Shown here: positions 9,418 to 18,545 of the stretch, piece after piece
Position numbering within the stretch: the first letter of the stretch is position 1
Layout of the letters: each line of letters begins with the position of its first letter
UHGV virus genome: UHGV-1376660
Source: a virus
Reading direction: 5' to 3' (one strand)
DNA: 64,000 nucleotides
Program-made: the position numbers and the translations under genes
The notes under the pieces: generated by a model
Told to the model about the DNA's origin: nothing
The model's input: the letters and a program-made list of their open reading frames with translations, nothing else
Database searches by the model: none

Positions 9418-10115
9418 TACATACGCTCCTTGTAGTAGTCGACCAGCCACACCAGGGCTTCACCGGCGTTCTCAATTTCGTTACCGGTATTGATTCCCTG
9501 CTCTTTGATGATGGTTTTGATGGTGTCGGCGACGCGATCTGACGCATCAAACGTCACTTTGAAGCGCATCGTCTGGTGTTCAGCGCCGACTCGCTCGGTT
9601 TTCTCGCGTTTGTCCTCATCGACCGGCTCGTCATCGCCACGGGAGAGCGCTTCCAGCGCTTCAAGATCGATAACGGACGCTTTGGCGAGTGTTGCCGCCA
9701 TTTCGTCGTCATACGGGGCGATATCGGACAACCGGTAGTCGATTTCAGACTGGATTTCTTCGATTAAGCGCTGCAAAGCGACCTGATCGTCTTCGCCGTA
9801 GCGCTCGTTATCGACGAGGGACATCTGTTTGGCCACCAGGTCGTTAATTTTGCCCACGGAGATGACGGGAACCGTTGAAATGCCCTGCTCCATCGCGGCA
9901 CGCCAGCGATGTTCGCCACCGAGGATCTCAAAAACGCCCCCGTCCAGCTCCCGCGCCAGAATTGGCTTAAAAAAGCCCAATTTTTCGATAGAGCCTTTCA
10001 GTTTTTCGAAGTTTTGCGCCCCAACGGAGTTGGTATTCCAGGGATTCGGACGCAGGTTCGCGACTTCCACCTGCAGAATCGTAATTTTCACATCCATAAT
10101 TCTGATACAATCCAT
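9417..10115 (-). CDS. ParB/Srx-like nuclease-domain protein (paralog 1)
   Basis: NPWNTN...ILGGEHRWRAAMEQGISTVPV resembles ParB N-terminal domain boxes. Confidence 0.55.
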   Translation of the reverse strand: MDCIRIMDVKITILQVEVANLRPNPWNTNSVGAQNFEKLKGSIEKLGFFKPILARELDGGVFEILGGEHRWRAAMEQGISTVPVISVGKINDLVAKQMSLVDNERYGEDDQVALQRLIEEIQSEIDYRLSDIAPYDDEMAATLAKASVIDLEALEALSRGDDEPVDEDKREKTERVGAEHQTMRFKVTFDASDRVADTIKTIIKEQGINTGNEIENAGEALVWLVDYYKERM

Positions 10116-10116
10116 T

Positions 10117-10146
10117 GTATAAGTACTTACTTACTATAATAGCCAA
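10117..10146 (+). promoter_or_regulatory. Divergent promoter region with palindrome (GTATAAGTACTTACTTAC) and a perfect TATAAT upstream of the helicase gene
   Basis: TATAAT at 10141-10146; palindrome family member. Confidence 0.4.
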
Positions 10147-10179
10147 TTACCATACAAAAGGCACGAAGGAAAGAGGTTT

Positions 10180-11739
10180 ATGACAGTTCGGATTGTATCG
10201 AATGCAGTCAATGCGCTGATTTCTGGCGCTGATGACAACGTGAAACGGCTCGTTCAGGAGATGTTGAGCTATGAAGTGGAGGCTGGTGACTGGAAAGGAA
10301 CCAGCACGATGTTCAACTGGAGCAAAAACGCGTTCCCGGCTGGGTTTGCGAAGCCAGTAGCGGCCAACCTTCTGAAAGCTGGCATCAAATGCGTGCATGT
10401 GCGCAAGGAAAAAGCCCCCGCGCTGGGCAAGCCGAACCCGGTAGTTAACCCATTCCCGTATAACCCGGACTATGCGTATCAGGATCAGACTGTGGAAACA
10501 CTGGTGCGCGAAGGGATGATGATTGCCCAGATTGCGACGGGTGGCGGTAAATCGAACGTAGCGTGTAAGGCAGCTGCTCGCATTGGTCGTATGACGCTGT
10601 TTTTAACCACGCGCTCGGTTCTGATGTTCCAGATGGCAGAGAACTTCCAGAAATCCATCGATTACCGCGCGGAGAATGGCGAGCCGTGGCTGAAAGGTCA
10701 GAAAGTTGGGGTGATTGGATCTGGTGAGTTCCAGGTCTCGCGCCATATCAACGTTGCCACGGTGCAGACCCTGGCCAGTTTTCTCGAAGAGCCACCGCGC
10801 GACGCATCACCGGAGAAAAAACAGTACCACCTGAAGCGCCGGGAACTGGTTAAGCGCTTTCTGTCCAGCGTTTCTCTGCTGATTCTGGAAGAGGCACACG
10901 AATCATCTGGTTCAAACTTCTACGATATCGCCAGGTTGTGCATCAATGCCGATTACCGTCTGGCGCTGACAGCTACGCCGTTCATGAAGGACTCGACCGA
11001 GGCAAATATGCGTCTCATGGCCGTTGCCGGCCGCATTGAGATAAAGGTAACGGAGAAATATTTGATCGATCGAGGTATTTTAGCGAAACCATACTTTCTA
11101 TATCATAAAATCGCGTACACTCCAGACGAGGTGCGGATTAGGGCCGAACTTGCTTCGAAACACCTGAACTTTCGGGTTGGAATGAGTACGGCTTACCAGA
11201 AAGCCTATCAGTTAGGCATCGTTTACAATCTGGGCCGCAACGAGGCTATTGTGCGCGAAGCGTTAATGTACAAAAGTCACGGTCTGAACTGTATGACGCT
11301 GGTTCGTTTGAAGCGTCATGGTCAGATTTTGATGGAAATGATGAAGGAAAGCGGCCTGAAGGTCGATTTCATCTACGGAGAATCAAACCAGACTACCCGA
11401 CAAGCAAAGCTCAACAGTCTGGCGGCAGGCAAGATAGATGTTCTGATTGGTTCAACCATTCTGGATGTTGGTGTCGACGTTCCAAGCGTAGGGGCGGTGA
11501 TTCTGGGTGGTGGCGGCAAAGCCGAAGTTGAGATGCGCCAACGTGTTGGTCGCGGTCTTCGAGCCAAAAAGAATCAGGCTAACGTGTGCTTTATTACCGA
11601 CTTTATCGACGTGAGCAACAAATATCTCATGTCGCATTCATATGAGCGGAAGCACATTATCGACACAACGCCAGGGTTTGCCGAAGGAGTCTTGCCGGTG
11701 GGTAGCACATTCGATTTCACTGTTTTGAATAGAGAGTAA
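10180..11739 (+). CDS. SF2 DEAD/DEAH-box DNA helicase (UvsW/type III res-like)
   Basis: Motif I IATGGGKS, motif II LILEEAH, motif III LTATP, motif VI QRVGRGLR. Confidence 0.8.
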   Translation: MTVRIVSNAVNALISGADDNVKRLVQEMLSYEVEAGDWKGTSTMFNWSKNAFPAGFAKPVAANLLKAGIKCVHVRKEKAPALGKPNPVVNPFPYNPDYAYQDQTVETLVREGMMIAQIATGGGKSNVACKAAARIGRMTLFLTTRSVLMFQMAENFQKSIDYRAENGEPWLKGQKVGVIGSGEFQVSRHINVATVQTLASFLEEPPRDASPEKKQYHLKRRELVKRFLSSVSLLILEEAHESSGSNFYDIARLCINADYRLALTATPFMKDSTEANMRLMAVAGRIEIKVTEKYLIDRGILAKPYFLYHKIAYTPDEVRIRAELASKHLNFRVGMSTAYQKAYQLGIVYNLGRNEAIVREALMYKSHGLNCMTLVRLKRHGQILMEMMKESGLKVDFIYGESNQTTRQAKLNSLAAGKIDVLIGSTILDVGVDVPSVGAVILGGGGKAEVEMRQRVGRGLRAKKNQANVCFITDFIDVSNKYLMSHSYERKHIIDTTPGFAEGVLPVGSTFDFTVLNRE

Positions 11740-11741
11740 GC

Positions 11742-12020
11742 ATGAGCGAGAAACGCGCTATACACTGCCAGGTTCAGTTAACCGAAAAAGCAAACGACAA
11801 GCTGGAAACCTTTCAGAATCGACTGCGTGAACGCAACATAAAGCTGTCAAAGGCAGACATCATCAATCTGGTGCTGTCCAACATGACGATGGCTGATTTT
11901 GATAAGGCAGCTACGTCATTAGAGGCTTCTGCAAAGGCCCGTGAAAAGGTCATGAAGATTTACGAATCCTCTGGCATGACCAAAGAAGATCTGGCCGATA
12001 TTCTCAAACGGCTGCCGTAA
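11742..12020 (+). CDS. Hypothetical protein
   Basis: 92-aa ORF immediately after the helicase. Confidence 0.35.
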   Translation: MSEKRAIHCQVQLTEKANDKLETFQNRLRERNIKLSKADIINLVLSNMTMADFDKAATSLEASAKAREKVMKIYESSGMTKEDLADILKRLP

Positions 12021-12045
12021 TCTTCCACTTTTTCCCCTTATTTCG

Positions 12046-12084
12046 TAGTTCATCATGTGCTCGTCAAGTTACAAAGGAGCACAT
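12046..12084 (+). promoter_or_regulatory. 12-bp inverted repeat (CATCATGTGCTC...GAGCACATGATG) sequestering the SD and start codon of the 12083 ORF
   Basis: Perfect reverse-complement arms separated by 14 nt; second arm contains AGGAGCAC ATG ATG. Confidence 0.45.
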
Positions 12085-12622
12085 GATGAACTATTTAGCT
12101 GAACTACCATTTGTTGATATCTTTGACGCAAAAAACAACAGTGCATTTTTCTGGCGCGTAGATAATCCGCTGGATTACAAATGCGGAGAGAAAAATGCAC
12201 AAGCATTCGTCAGATTCGTTGAGAACTATCCCTTCATGAACAACAGCAATATTCTGTACCGTATCGCGTGTGATATGAGCGACTCAGGTCTTATTAAGTC
12301 TGAATCCGCAAGGGGGTTCTTTAATACACTGGATACGTTACTGACACCAAACAATTCAAAGACACCTATCGCAGCACATGAAACAAAATGCAGGCAGATT
12401 CGTACCGTCCGTGACATAGCCTGTAAGATGGGCGTCACGAGCATGAAACTTTTAAACTTTCTTGCCCTCATCGACTGGATAGACAATTCAACTATACAAC
12501 CTACCGATGAAGCGCTCGCTGAAAGCGTGTTACGTAAAAACAGCAAAGCGCCGTTTGGTTTTACAGTTACCAGAAAGGGTGAGCGTTTGATTACGAACAA
12601 GTACAAAGTGCTGGGCAAATAA
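12083..12622 (+). CDS. Hypothetical protein (AT-rich island gene 1)
   Basis: 179-aa ORF; plus strand within a minus-strand genome. Confidence 0.45.
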   Translation: MMNYLAELPFVDIFDAKNNSAFFWRVDNPLDYKCGEKNAQAFVRFVENYPFMNNSNILYRIACDMSDSGLIKSESARGFFNTLDTLLTPNNSKTPIAAHETKCRQIRTVRDIACKMGVTSMKLLNFLALIDWIDNSTIQPTDEALAESVLRKNSKAPFGFTVTRKGERLITNKYKVLGK

Positions 12623-12924
12623 TCATCAACATGCTGGCGTCTGTAGATGTCAGCATGTGATTTATATCACACTTTCACTTTCGCACACCTCCGGCTGAAA
12701 AAAGTTCTTGATCGGTTGACGAATATTTGTAGGCTTCACAACCGAGGAATTTGAGCCAGAGGTGGTGGATGAATATTTCTATTAACGAAATTCTTAATTC
12801 GCTAGAGCGTAAAATCACTCATGGCGAGAAAGTTTTTCAAAGACAAATTATTCAGATTTCATCTTGAGGCGTTTATAAGCAGCATCTTCTGTTGGAAATA
12901 GCATATCGTTAATTTGAGGTCAGA

Positions 12925-13515
12925 ATGACTCGTTTAGCCATCTTAGTAACCACCTATATTCTATCATTCTCTGCCAATGCAGTGTCAGATATGGTTGCTG
13001 ACATGCAAAAAACGTACAGCAAGTTCACTACCCTAGACAATGTAAAATACGAGGCCAGAGGAACAGTTCAACCTGTATGGTTCAGGTATTCCGATAACGC
13101 GGAAGAAACACTGATTTCCGGTGAATCAGAACATATGCGCCTTCAAATCATGGGTACAGCTGTCAAAGAAGGAACAAGCACCAACTCTGGCAAGGCTCTT
13201 GTTCCAACCTACGGTCTACTAAATGTGATTGATGGAACTATGTACTGTGATGAGATCGCCAAGAGCGGTTGCCCGATTCATATCCGCGTTGGCAGTAATG
13301 AATCGTTCACGACATACGGCAAAATCGGCAATGATGCGACCGGCAAAGTACTTGTTCTGGACAACGCAGCAACAATTAGGCTTCTAAAAGACATCAAAAA
13401 GACCGCAAAATCAGATATCGACAACAAAACCATTTACATCGAAGCCCCCTTCCTCGTGGCAGGTAGCAAGCAGTTTAAGTTTGGGCTTCTCGACACGCCA
13501 CTTAAGGTAGACTAA
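12925..13515 (+). CDS. Hypothetical secreted protein (Sec signal peptide)
   Basis: N-terminus MTRLAILVTTYILSFSANA-VSD is a typical signal peptide. Confidence 0.5.
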   Translation: MTRLAILVTTYILSFSANAVSDMVADMQKTYSKFTTLDNVKYEARGTVQPVWFRYSDNAEETLISGESEHMRLQIMGTAVKEGTSTNSGKALVPTYGLLNVIDGTMYCDEIAKSGCPIHIRVGSNESFTTYGKIGNDATGKVLVLDNAATIRLLKDIKKTAKSDIDNKTIYIEAPFLVAGSKQFKFGLLDTPLKVD

Positions 13516-14039
13516 TGACGATCACAGACATTACATACGGCATCCCAGCAGAGGTCTGGCCCCGCGACTACTCTAACGTGGAGTTTAGTTTGCAGTTCCT
13601 ACGGGCAAGGAATATACCTGTAAGGGTCACGATCGATGATGGTCAGACGTTTTGTCTTTACGTTATTGGTCTGCTTACCGCACGCAATAAGCTAGATCTT
13701 TCTCCCGTTATAGGAAGTAAAGAACATCGTGTTCGTCTTCCATTGGAGCGAGTTAGCACCATAGAAACAATTACACCTGTCGAAGTGGACAAGATGTTTA
13801 CAGGTAGGCTCACTGTACACCCTGACTATGTGGACAATCGGCCATCACGCCGCGATTTCTTCAAAATTTGTCGTCAAGCTCATGAGGCGCAAAAGTCTAT
13901 AAGGGTCTACATGGCGGATGGCCGTGAAATTGAGGGGTGTTCGTTAGGCGTTGATGCCTGTCAGGTCGCAATGAGAGTTGGCGAGCGCGGACGAGCGATA
14001 GTTCTCTTCGATTGGGTCGAACGGATTTTACCGTTTTAA
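13515..14039 (+). CDS. Hypothetical protein, translationally coupled (ATGA overlap) to the secreted protein gene
   Basis: 174-aa ORF; start overlaps upstream stop. Confidence 0.45.
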   Translation: MTITDITYGIPAEVWPRDYSNVEFSLQFLRARNIPVRVTIDDGQTFCLYVIGLLTARNKLDLSPVIGSKEHRVRLPLERVSTIETITPVEVDKMFTGRLTVHPDYVDNRPSRRDFFKICRQAHEAQKSIRVYMADGREIEGCSLGVDACQVAMRVGERGRAIVLFDWVERILPF

Positions 14040-14054
14040 ATCTATAAGGGTGAT

Positions 14055-14080
14055 AACCGGCTAAGTCCGGTTATTATTTT
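14055..14080 (+). terminator. Rho-independent terminator (AACCGGCTAAGTCCGGTT + T-run)
   Basis: GC stem followed by ATTATTTT. Confidence 0.55.
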
Positions 14081-14256
14081 ATGTGTCACTTCCCGTTATA
14101 TTTATTTTCCCTAATCCCGATTCCACTTTAAATATATAAGGGTGATTGACCGAATAGAGAATTTATTTAGGCAACACCTTCGAGAAAACGCGTTTTATTT
14201 CTAAGACTTTGATTTTTATTGAAGAAAAATTTTTTTCGTTCCCGCGTAAAAAACTC

Positions 14257-14285
14257 TTGATTTTAATTTCTGCATATCGATAATT
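14257..14285 (+). promoter_or_regulatory. Sigma70-like promoter TTGATT-N16/17-GATAAT/ATAATT for the 14355 ORF
   Basis: Sequence inspection. Confidence 0.45.
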
Positions 14286-14354
14286 ACTCACATCGAAAGC
14301 GAACACGCTAACGATACAAGAATTTTATTTTTACTCTTATTAAGGATTAATATC

Positions 14355-15005
14355 ATGTCTAACGTTGCTATCTCTAAAAAATCCATCATCGACGCTGCTG
14401 TAGTTATCGCTAATGAATTACAAGTTGCAGCCAATAATGCTACTCAGACTTATAACAATCATTATCAGAATGGTACGCACACAAAAGCAGATAAAGCTAA
14501 CATGCTTGCAGCGACTACCAAACTTGCATACTTCACCAACAACGTTTTAAACGCTGTTAATGATGAGAAATTAGCTGGTGTCTTTTACTACGCGATTAAA
14601 GCAAGCAAACAAGCGCCAGAAGTGTTTTTCCGCGAAGCTATGACCAATAGCTATTCACTCGAAAAATTGGTTTATCTGGTTAAATCTATCAAGTCTGGTA
14701 AATGCGTTTATTCCGTCGCTGATATGTCCGGATCTCGCGTATTCGCATTAATCGAAATGATTAATGATGAAATGGAGACATTCACAAATGGCGCTGTATT
14801 CGATTTAATGAATGAAGCTAAAAAAGCATGTGAGATTAAATTAGACGCTGGCTACACTCAAGCCAATCAGCTTATCAATTTGTGTGAACGTCTCGGACTG
14901 GTCGAGAAAATCAAAGGAATGGGCGCTGCTAAAAACGGATCGCAACAATATCGCTTTATCAAGAATGATTTTTATAACTATCTGGCTGATGCTTTCAAAG
15001 CGTAA
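14355..15005 (+). CDS. Hypothetical protein (AT-rich island)
   Basis: 216-aa ORF with good SD (AAGGA) spacing. Confidence 0.45.
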   Translation: MSNVAISKKSIIDAAVVIANELQVAANNATQTYNNHYQNGTHTKADKANMLAATTKLAYFTNNVLNAVNDEKLAGVFYYAIKASKQAPEVFFREAMTNSYSLEKLVYLVKSIKSGKCVYSVADMSGSRVFALIEMINDEMETFTNGAVFDLMNEAKKACEIKLDAGYTQANQLINLCERLGLVEKIKGMGAAKNGSQQYRFIKNDFYNYLADAFKA

Positions 15006-15017
15006 TTAGATGGATAT

Positions 15018-15044
15018 AGCGCCCACTATGGGCGCTAGTTTTAA
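15018..15044 (+). terminator. Rho-independent terminator (GCGCCCACTATGGGCGC hairpin)
   Basis: Perfect 7-bp GC stem, 3-nt loop, T-rich tail; identical hairpin again at 15262. Confidence 0.6.
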
Positions 15045-15055
15045 GGATAAAAATC

Positions 15056-15259
15056 ATGATTAGTTATGACCAGATCCGCGCGGAATATCGCGCAAAATAT
15101 CGCGCTTATAAACTTGAATTAATCGACGACTTAAAAGCGCAACGTGACAAATTAAATTTTACGTTTTCTGATTTGCTTAACAGTAAAAGAGACTGTAAGC
15201 GCAAGCGTGAATATTTGCGCTTGTCTGAAATGATCGGAAAACTGCAAAACAGCATTTAA
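15056..15259 (+). CDS. Hypothetical small charged protein
   Basis: 67-aa ORF between two identical terminators. Confidence 0.4.
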   Translation: MISYDQIRAEYRAKYRAYKLELIDDLKAQRDKLNFTFSDLLNSKRDCKRKREYLRLSEMIGKLQNSI

Positions 15260-15261
15260 AC

Positions 15262-15288
15262 AAAAGCGCCCACTATGGGCGCTTTTTT
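15262..15288 (+). terminator. Rho-independent terminator (AAAAGCGCCCACTATGGGCGCTTTTTT)
   Basis: Same hairpin as 15018 flanked by A-run and T6; bidirectional potential. Confidence 0.7.
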
Positions 15289-15310
15289 CGTTTCAAGATC
15301 CGCACACCAT

Positions 15311-15336
15311 AACGCGCCATTGTTGGCGCGTTTTTT
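15311..15336 (+). terminator. Rho-independent terminator (CGCGCCATTGTTGGCGCG + T6)
   Basis: GC stem and T-run. Confidence 0.55.
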
Positions 15337-15739
15337 ATTGTCTGAAGTCAGCCAAAACAGACCAAAAACAAGCGCCATAAACGCGCCAATTTAACGCGTT
15401 TTTATGTGTGGTGGTACATACCCATTACCCACAATAAAAACATGTTATAGCGCGTTTTACAGCGTTTTAGCGCGTGGCTTATTTTGTCGTGTCGTGGGCG
15501 TGATCGTCTGGCGATATCTGGCGACGTGATCCGCGCCATCCTTCGGGACGTGTCGGCAATATTGGAGCTATCCGTGGGCGCTCGCGTATCATTAGCACGT
15601 TGGCGCGACGTGTACGCGCTTCCTGTGGTTTACCCACGGATTCACATAATCACATAGCGAAAGCTATCTGGATTGCTCAGGGGCTGAAACCCCACCAGCG
15701 CTACCCCAGCGCCCCTGCGATATTTTCTGGCAGGATTCT

Positions 15740-15900
15740 GGGCTTCTCCCGCTCAGTTTTCTACATAAAGGCAAACCCAGCCGTTTCCCGAAAATTCCCT
15801 GGCCGTTTCCCTTCGGTTCCCCGGACAGCTCTCTGGCCGTTTCTGAAATTCCCTGCGGCAGCTGGTGGACGAAAAGAAAGGGGCGTTTCCAGCCCCTCTC
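15740..15900 (+). repeat. C-rich iteron-like repeats (GCCGTTTCCC / TTTCTGAAA / TTCCCTG units), cluster A
   Basis: At least 4 related units; related cluster at 19300-19460. Confidence 0.6.
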
Positions 15901-15903
15901 CTC

Positions 15904-16386
15904 TTACTTGCCAGCCAGAATGTGAATGCGGTTCTTTCCGTACACCTCTTTCACGTATTCACCGCACGAGACACTCCACGAGTCGATTCCTGCTTCGTAG
16001 GTGACGTTTTTGCACTTGATGGCATTGTTGGCGATACGCATCCCCTCCCCCACTGCTTCCTGTTCGCTGAAGTCGAGCCCGGATTCTTGTTTAACCCATA
16101 GCGCGATCTGCGTGGCGAACTCGATGAGTTTTGACTGGCAGAAGCGACCGCTGCGTACCGGGAAGATGAATACGCCAAATCCGGAGGTGGAGACATACGC
16201 TTTCTCAAATACGCGCTTATGGCGACGGTTGCAGATAATGTCATTGGTGATCTGCTGTTTCTCTTTCCCGGACAGCTCGATGGTTACATTGTCACGCCAG
16301 GCGCCCAGCACGCTTTTCTCGTTATCAGAGAACGTCACAGAAATATGGCCATGCGCAGGGGTGTTAACAGTAGCGATAAAGTTCAT
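15904..16386 (-). CDS. Hypothetical early protein
   Basis: 160-aa ORF preceded by the conserved promoter motif at 16401-16433. Confidence 0.45.
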   Translation of the reverse strand: MNFIATVNTPAHGHISVTFSDNEKSVLGAWRDNVTIELSGKEKQQITNDIICNRRHKRVFEKAYVSTSGFGVFIFPVRSGRFCQSKLIEFATQIALWVKQESGLDFSEQEAVGEGMRIANNAIKCKNVTYEAGIDSWSVSCGEYVKEVYGKNRIHILAGK

Positions 16387-16400
16387 GGTGATAATCCTTT

Positions 16401-16433
16401 AAACAACTTGTTTTCTTGTTGGTTTAATTATCG
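16401..16433 (-). promoter_or_regulatory. Conserved early promoter/operator motif (AAACAAnTTGTTTTCTTGTTGGTGTTATTATC family)
   Basis: Minus strand reads GATAAT(-10-like)-AACACCAACAAGAAAACAAnTTGTTTA-SD-ATG. Confidence 0.6.
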
Positions 16434-16591
16434 CTACGCGCATAAGGCGTCCAAGCGTTCTGTTCCGGTAGCTGGTGGCCGGCAGGGAGTCGGAGGGTTA
16501 TTAGGTAGCCTGGCGGTAAGAGGTGGGTGTTTTTAGCCTGCGGGAAACAGGATGGCCATTTAAGGCCACCAGCATGGGTGGCCTCGTTCTC

Positions 16592-16878
16592 TTAGTGGAG
16601 CAGACCGACGTCGATGGTATCACCTGAGCCATCCACGCGGATCATCAGCATGGCGAAGGCATTTAATGGGTAGCCTGCGTGCCAATCCGGGAAGCGGTCA
16701 TCGCGCATGAAGTCGGCAATGTCATAAACGCTGTCCTCAAAGCGGAAGAAGCGGGCATCACATTGTTCGTCCTGTTCAATGTGATCCATTTCCAGCTGCT
16801 CTTCCGGCGACAGGTCGAGCCAGGATTCCAGCCATACGTTTTCAGCTTTAGGGGAGATAGTGAAATCGGTCATGTGCA
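16592..16878 (-). CDS. Hypothetical acidic small protein
   Basis: Probable start MHMTDFT at 16878 with SD GGAGGA; about 25% D/E. Confidence 0.4.
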
Positions 16879-16881
16879 TAT

Positions 16882-16915
16882 CCTCCATGCGTAAACATCT
16901 TGTTTTCTTGTTGGT
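16882..16915 (-). promoter_or_regulatory. Conserved early promoter/operator motif copy
   Basis: TAAACATCTTGTTTTCTTGTTGGTGTAATTATCG. Confidence 0.6.
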
Positions 16916-16998
16916 GTAATTATCGCAAGCGGATAAGGCAAAAAACATTTTGTTATCGGGAATAAGAAAATGGCGCGGGATACGCGCCATTGCAGTGA

Positions 16999-17391
16999 TT
17001 AAGCGAATACGCTTTCCGGGATGTGGTTTTCCAGGGGAATGTTAGATGCGATACGCAGACCGTATTGCCCAAGCCAGGTAGAATTCATGTTGAGACCTGA
17101 GTCGAACACCTCCTCGGCCTGTACCATCATTTTTTCAAACATTTCTTTATTCCCTTCGCGGAAATAGGCAGCCAGTTTTAGCAAGACCGGATCTGACGCA
17201 TTACTGACGCTCTGGTAGCCTACCGAGTAAACTGCAGTGTCCCCTTCGCCGGTGCGAATTAAGGTGCTGGTGTGCACATCACCTCCGATAGTCTCGCGCA
17301 GAACGACGGTTAATTTCGCGACTTTCTCGCCGGAGGCTTTCTCGGAAGCATAATGCAAATCCATCACAAGACTCTCACGTGAAACTGTCAT
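16999..17391 (-). CDS. Hypothetical protein
   Basis: Probable start MTVSRESL at 17391 with SD GGGAGA. Confidence 0.4.
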   Translation of the reverse strand: MTVSRESLVMDLHYASEKASGEKVAKLTVVLRETIGGDVHTSTLIRTGEGDTAVYSVGYQSVSNASDPVLLKLAAYFREGNKEMFEKMMVQAEEVFDSGLNMNSTWLGQYGLRIASNIPLENHIPESVFA

Positions 17392-17518
17392 TTTTATCTC
17401 CCTATAGTTGGTGGTTTTTATATTATTAAAATAGGTAGGCACTTACAATCCAAGCAAGCAAAAAGCCCCGAAGGATGGACGGGGCTGTCGTAGGGACGAC
17501 TAATCGCTTTTGCACATG

Positions 17519-17830
17519 TCAGGCTGTCGCCAGGAAAGAGGCACGCTGGATTTCTTGCTGGGCGACTTTGTTCGCCTCCAGTAACGCCTGTTCCAGCTCT
17601 CCTTCCGGCCAGATAATCTGTTTTGCCATCCACCCTTTCCCACTCTGGCGACGCACACTCATCACGTAACGCGCGCGGGAGCCATTGTCGAACGAGGCAA
17701 TTGTCTCTTTAAACAGGCGAATGGCAGTACCGTTGGCGATGATATCGAGCAAAGTCAGTTGGCTCAGAACTGCTGGCTTCTCTTTACGTGGCTGTCCCGC
17801 GCTCAGTTTGGTAATCATCGCGTTTTTCAT
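17519..17830 (-). CDS. Hypothetical protein
   Basis: Probable start MKNAMITKL at 17830 directly downstream of promoter motif. Confidence 0.4.
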   Translation of the reverse strand: MKNAMITKLSAGQPRKEKPAVLSQLTLLDIIANGTAIRLFKETIASFDNGSRARYVMSVRRQSGKGWMAKQIIWPEGELEQALLEANKVAQQEIQRASFLATA

Positions 17831-17841
17831 AACTATCTCCG

Positions 17842-17875
17842 TAAACAACTTGTTTTCTTGTTGGTGTAAATAATA
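17842..17875 (-). promoter_or_regulatory. Conserved early promoter/operator motif copy
   Basis: GTAAACAACTTGTTTTCTTGTTGGTGTAAATAAT. Confidence 0.6.
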
Positions 17876-17906
17876 CAGAGCTGAAAACGGGATAGAACCA
17901 ATCTAT

Positions 17907-18221
17907 TCAGGGTGTACTCCATGAATAGGTGACTTCACTATCATTGGCGATACATGGAAATGGCACTTCAAAAACCCAGCCTTCTTCATCCAACTTTTTG
18001 TACATAAGGAGATCTTGCTTCATCAGGTATTCATTAAAGTGATAGTTGTCTCCGTCAGTCCCTTTCTTGTGCCAGACAATTTCGTCTCCCTTCAACTGAA
18101 CAAGCGCAACGATATCTTCCTCAACCTCCGGCGCTGGCTGGCGGTCTTCCATATCGCGAATGACGAAACAGATTAAGAAACAGTCCCCGGTGTCAGGGTT
18201 GCTGGTGGTGTAGTAGTGCAT
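17907..18221 (-). CDS. Hypothetical protein
   Basis: 104-aa ORF. Confidence 0.35.
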   Translation of the reverse strand: MHYYTTSNPDTGDCFLICFVIRDMEDRQPAPEVEEDIVALVQLKGDEIVWHKKGTDGDNYHFNEYLMKQDLLMYKKLDEEGWVFEVPFPCIANDSEVTYSWSTP

Positions 18222-18316
18222 TTGATTCTCCAGTTTTTAGTTTGGCCTCCAGTCTATTCGTCGTCGCATTTGGACAGGTCAAGTTTTTTTTGGCCACCGT
18301 GCTGGTGGCCCCACTC

Positions 18317-18538
18317 TTAATCTTCGTCGTCCGGGAACTCGATGTGTACCGCGTCCACCAGCTCCCGCTGTTCATCTTCACTGAGCAGATGCCAGATATC
18401 CTTCCCTTTGGGTGATTCCCCTTCAGCCGGGACGAAAGACCACAACTTGCGGTACAACTGCGGCCCCACAGCATCCAGACACTCAGCCAGGGAATCCACG
18501 CTCCACACCTCAACCATCACAGGCATCTTAATCATCTC
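18317..18538 (-). CDS. Hypothetical small acidic protein
   Basis: Probable start MIKMPVMVEV with SD GGGTGGAGAG. Confidence 0.35.
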   Translation of the reverse strand, partial: EMIKMPVMVEVWSVDSLAECLDAVGPQLYRKLWSFVPAEGESPKGKDIWHLLSEDEQRELVDAVHIEFPDDED

Positions 18539-18545
18539 TCCACCC

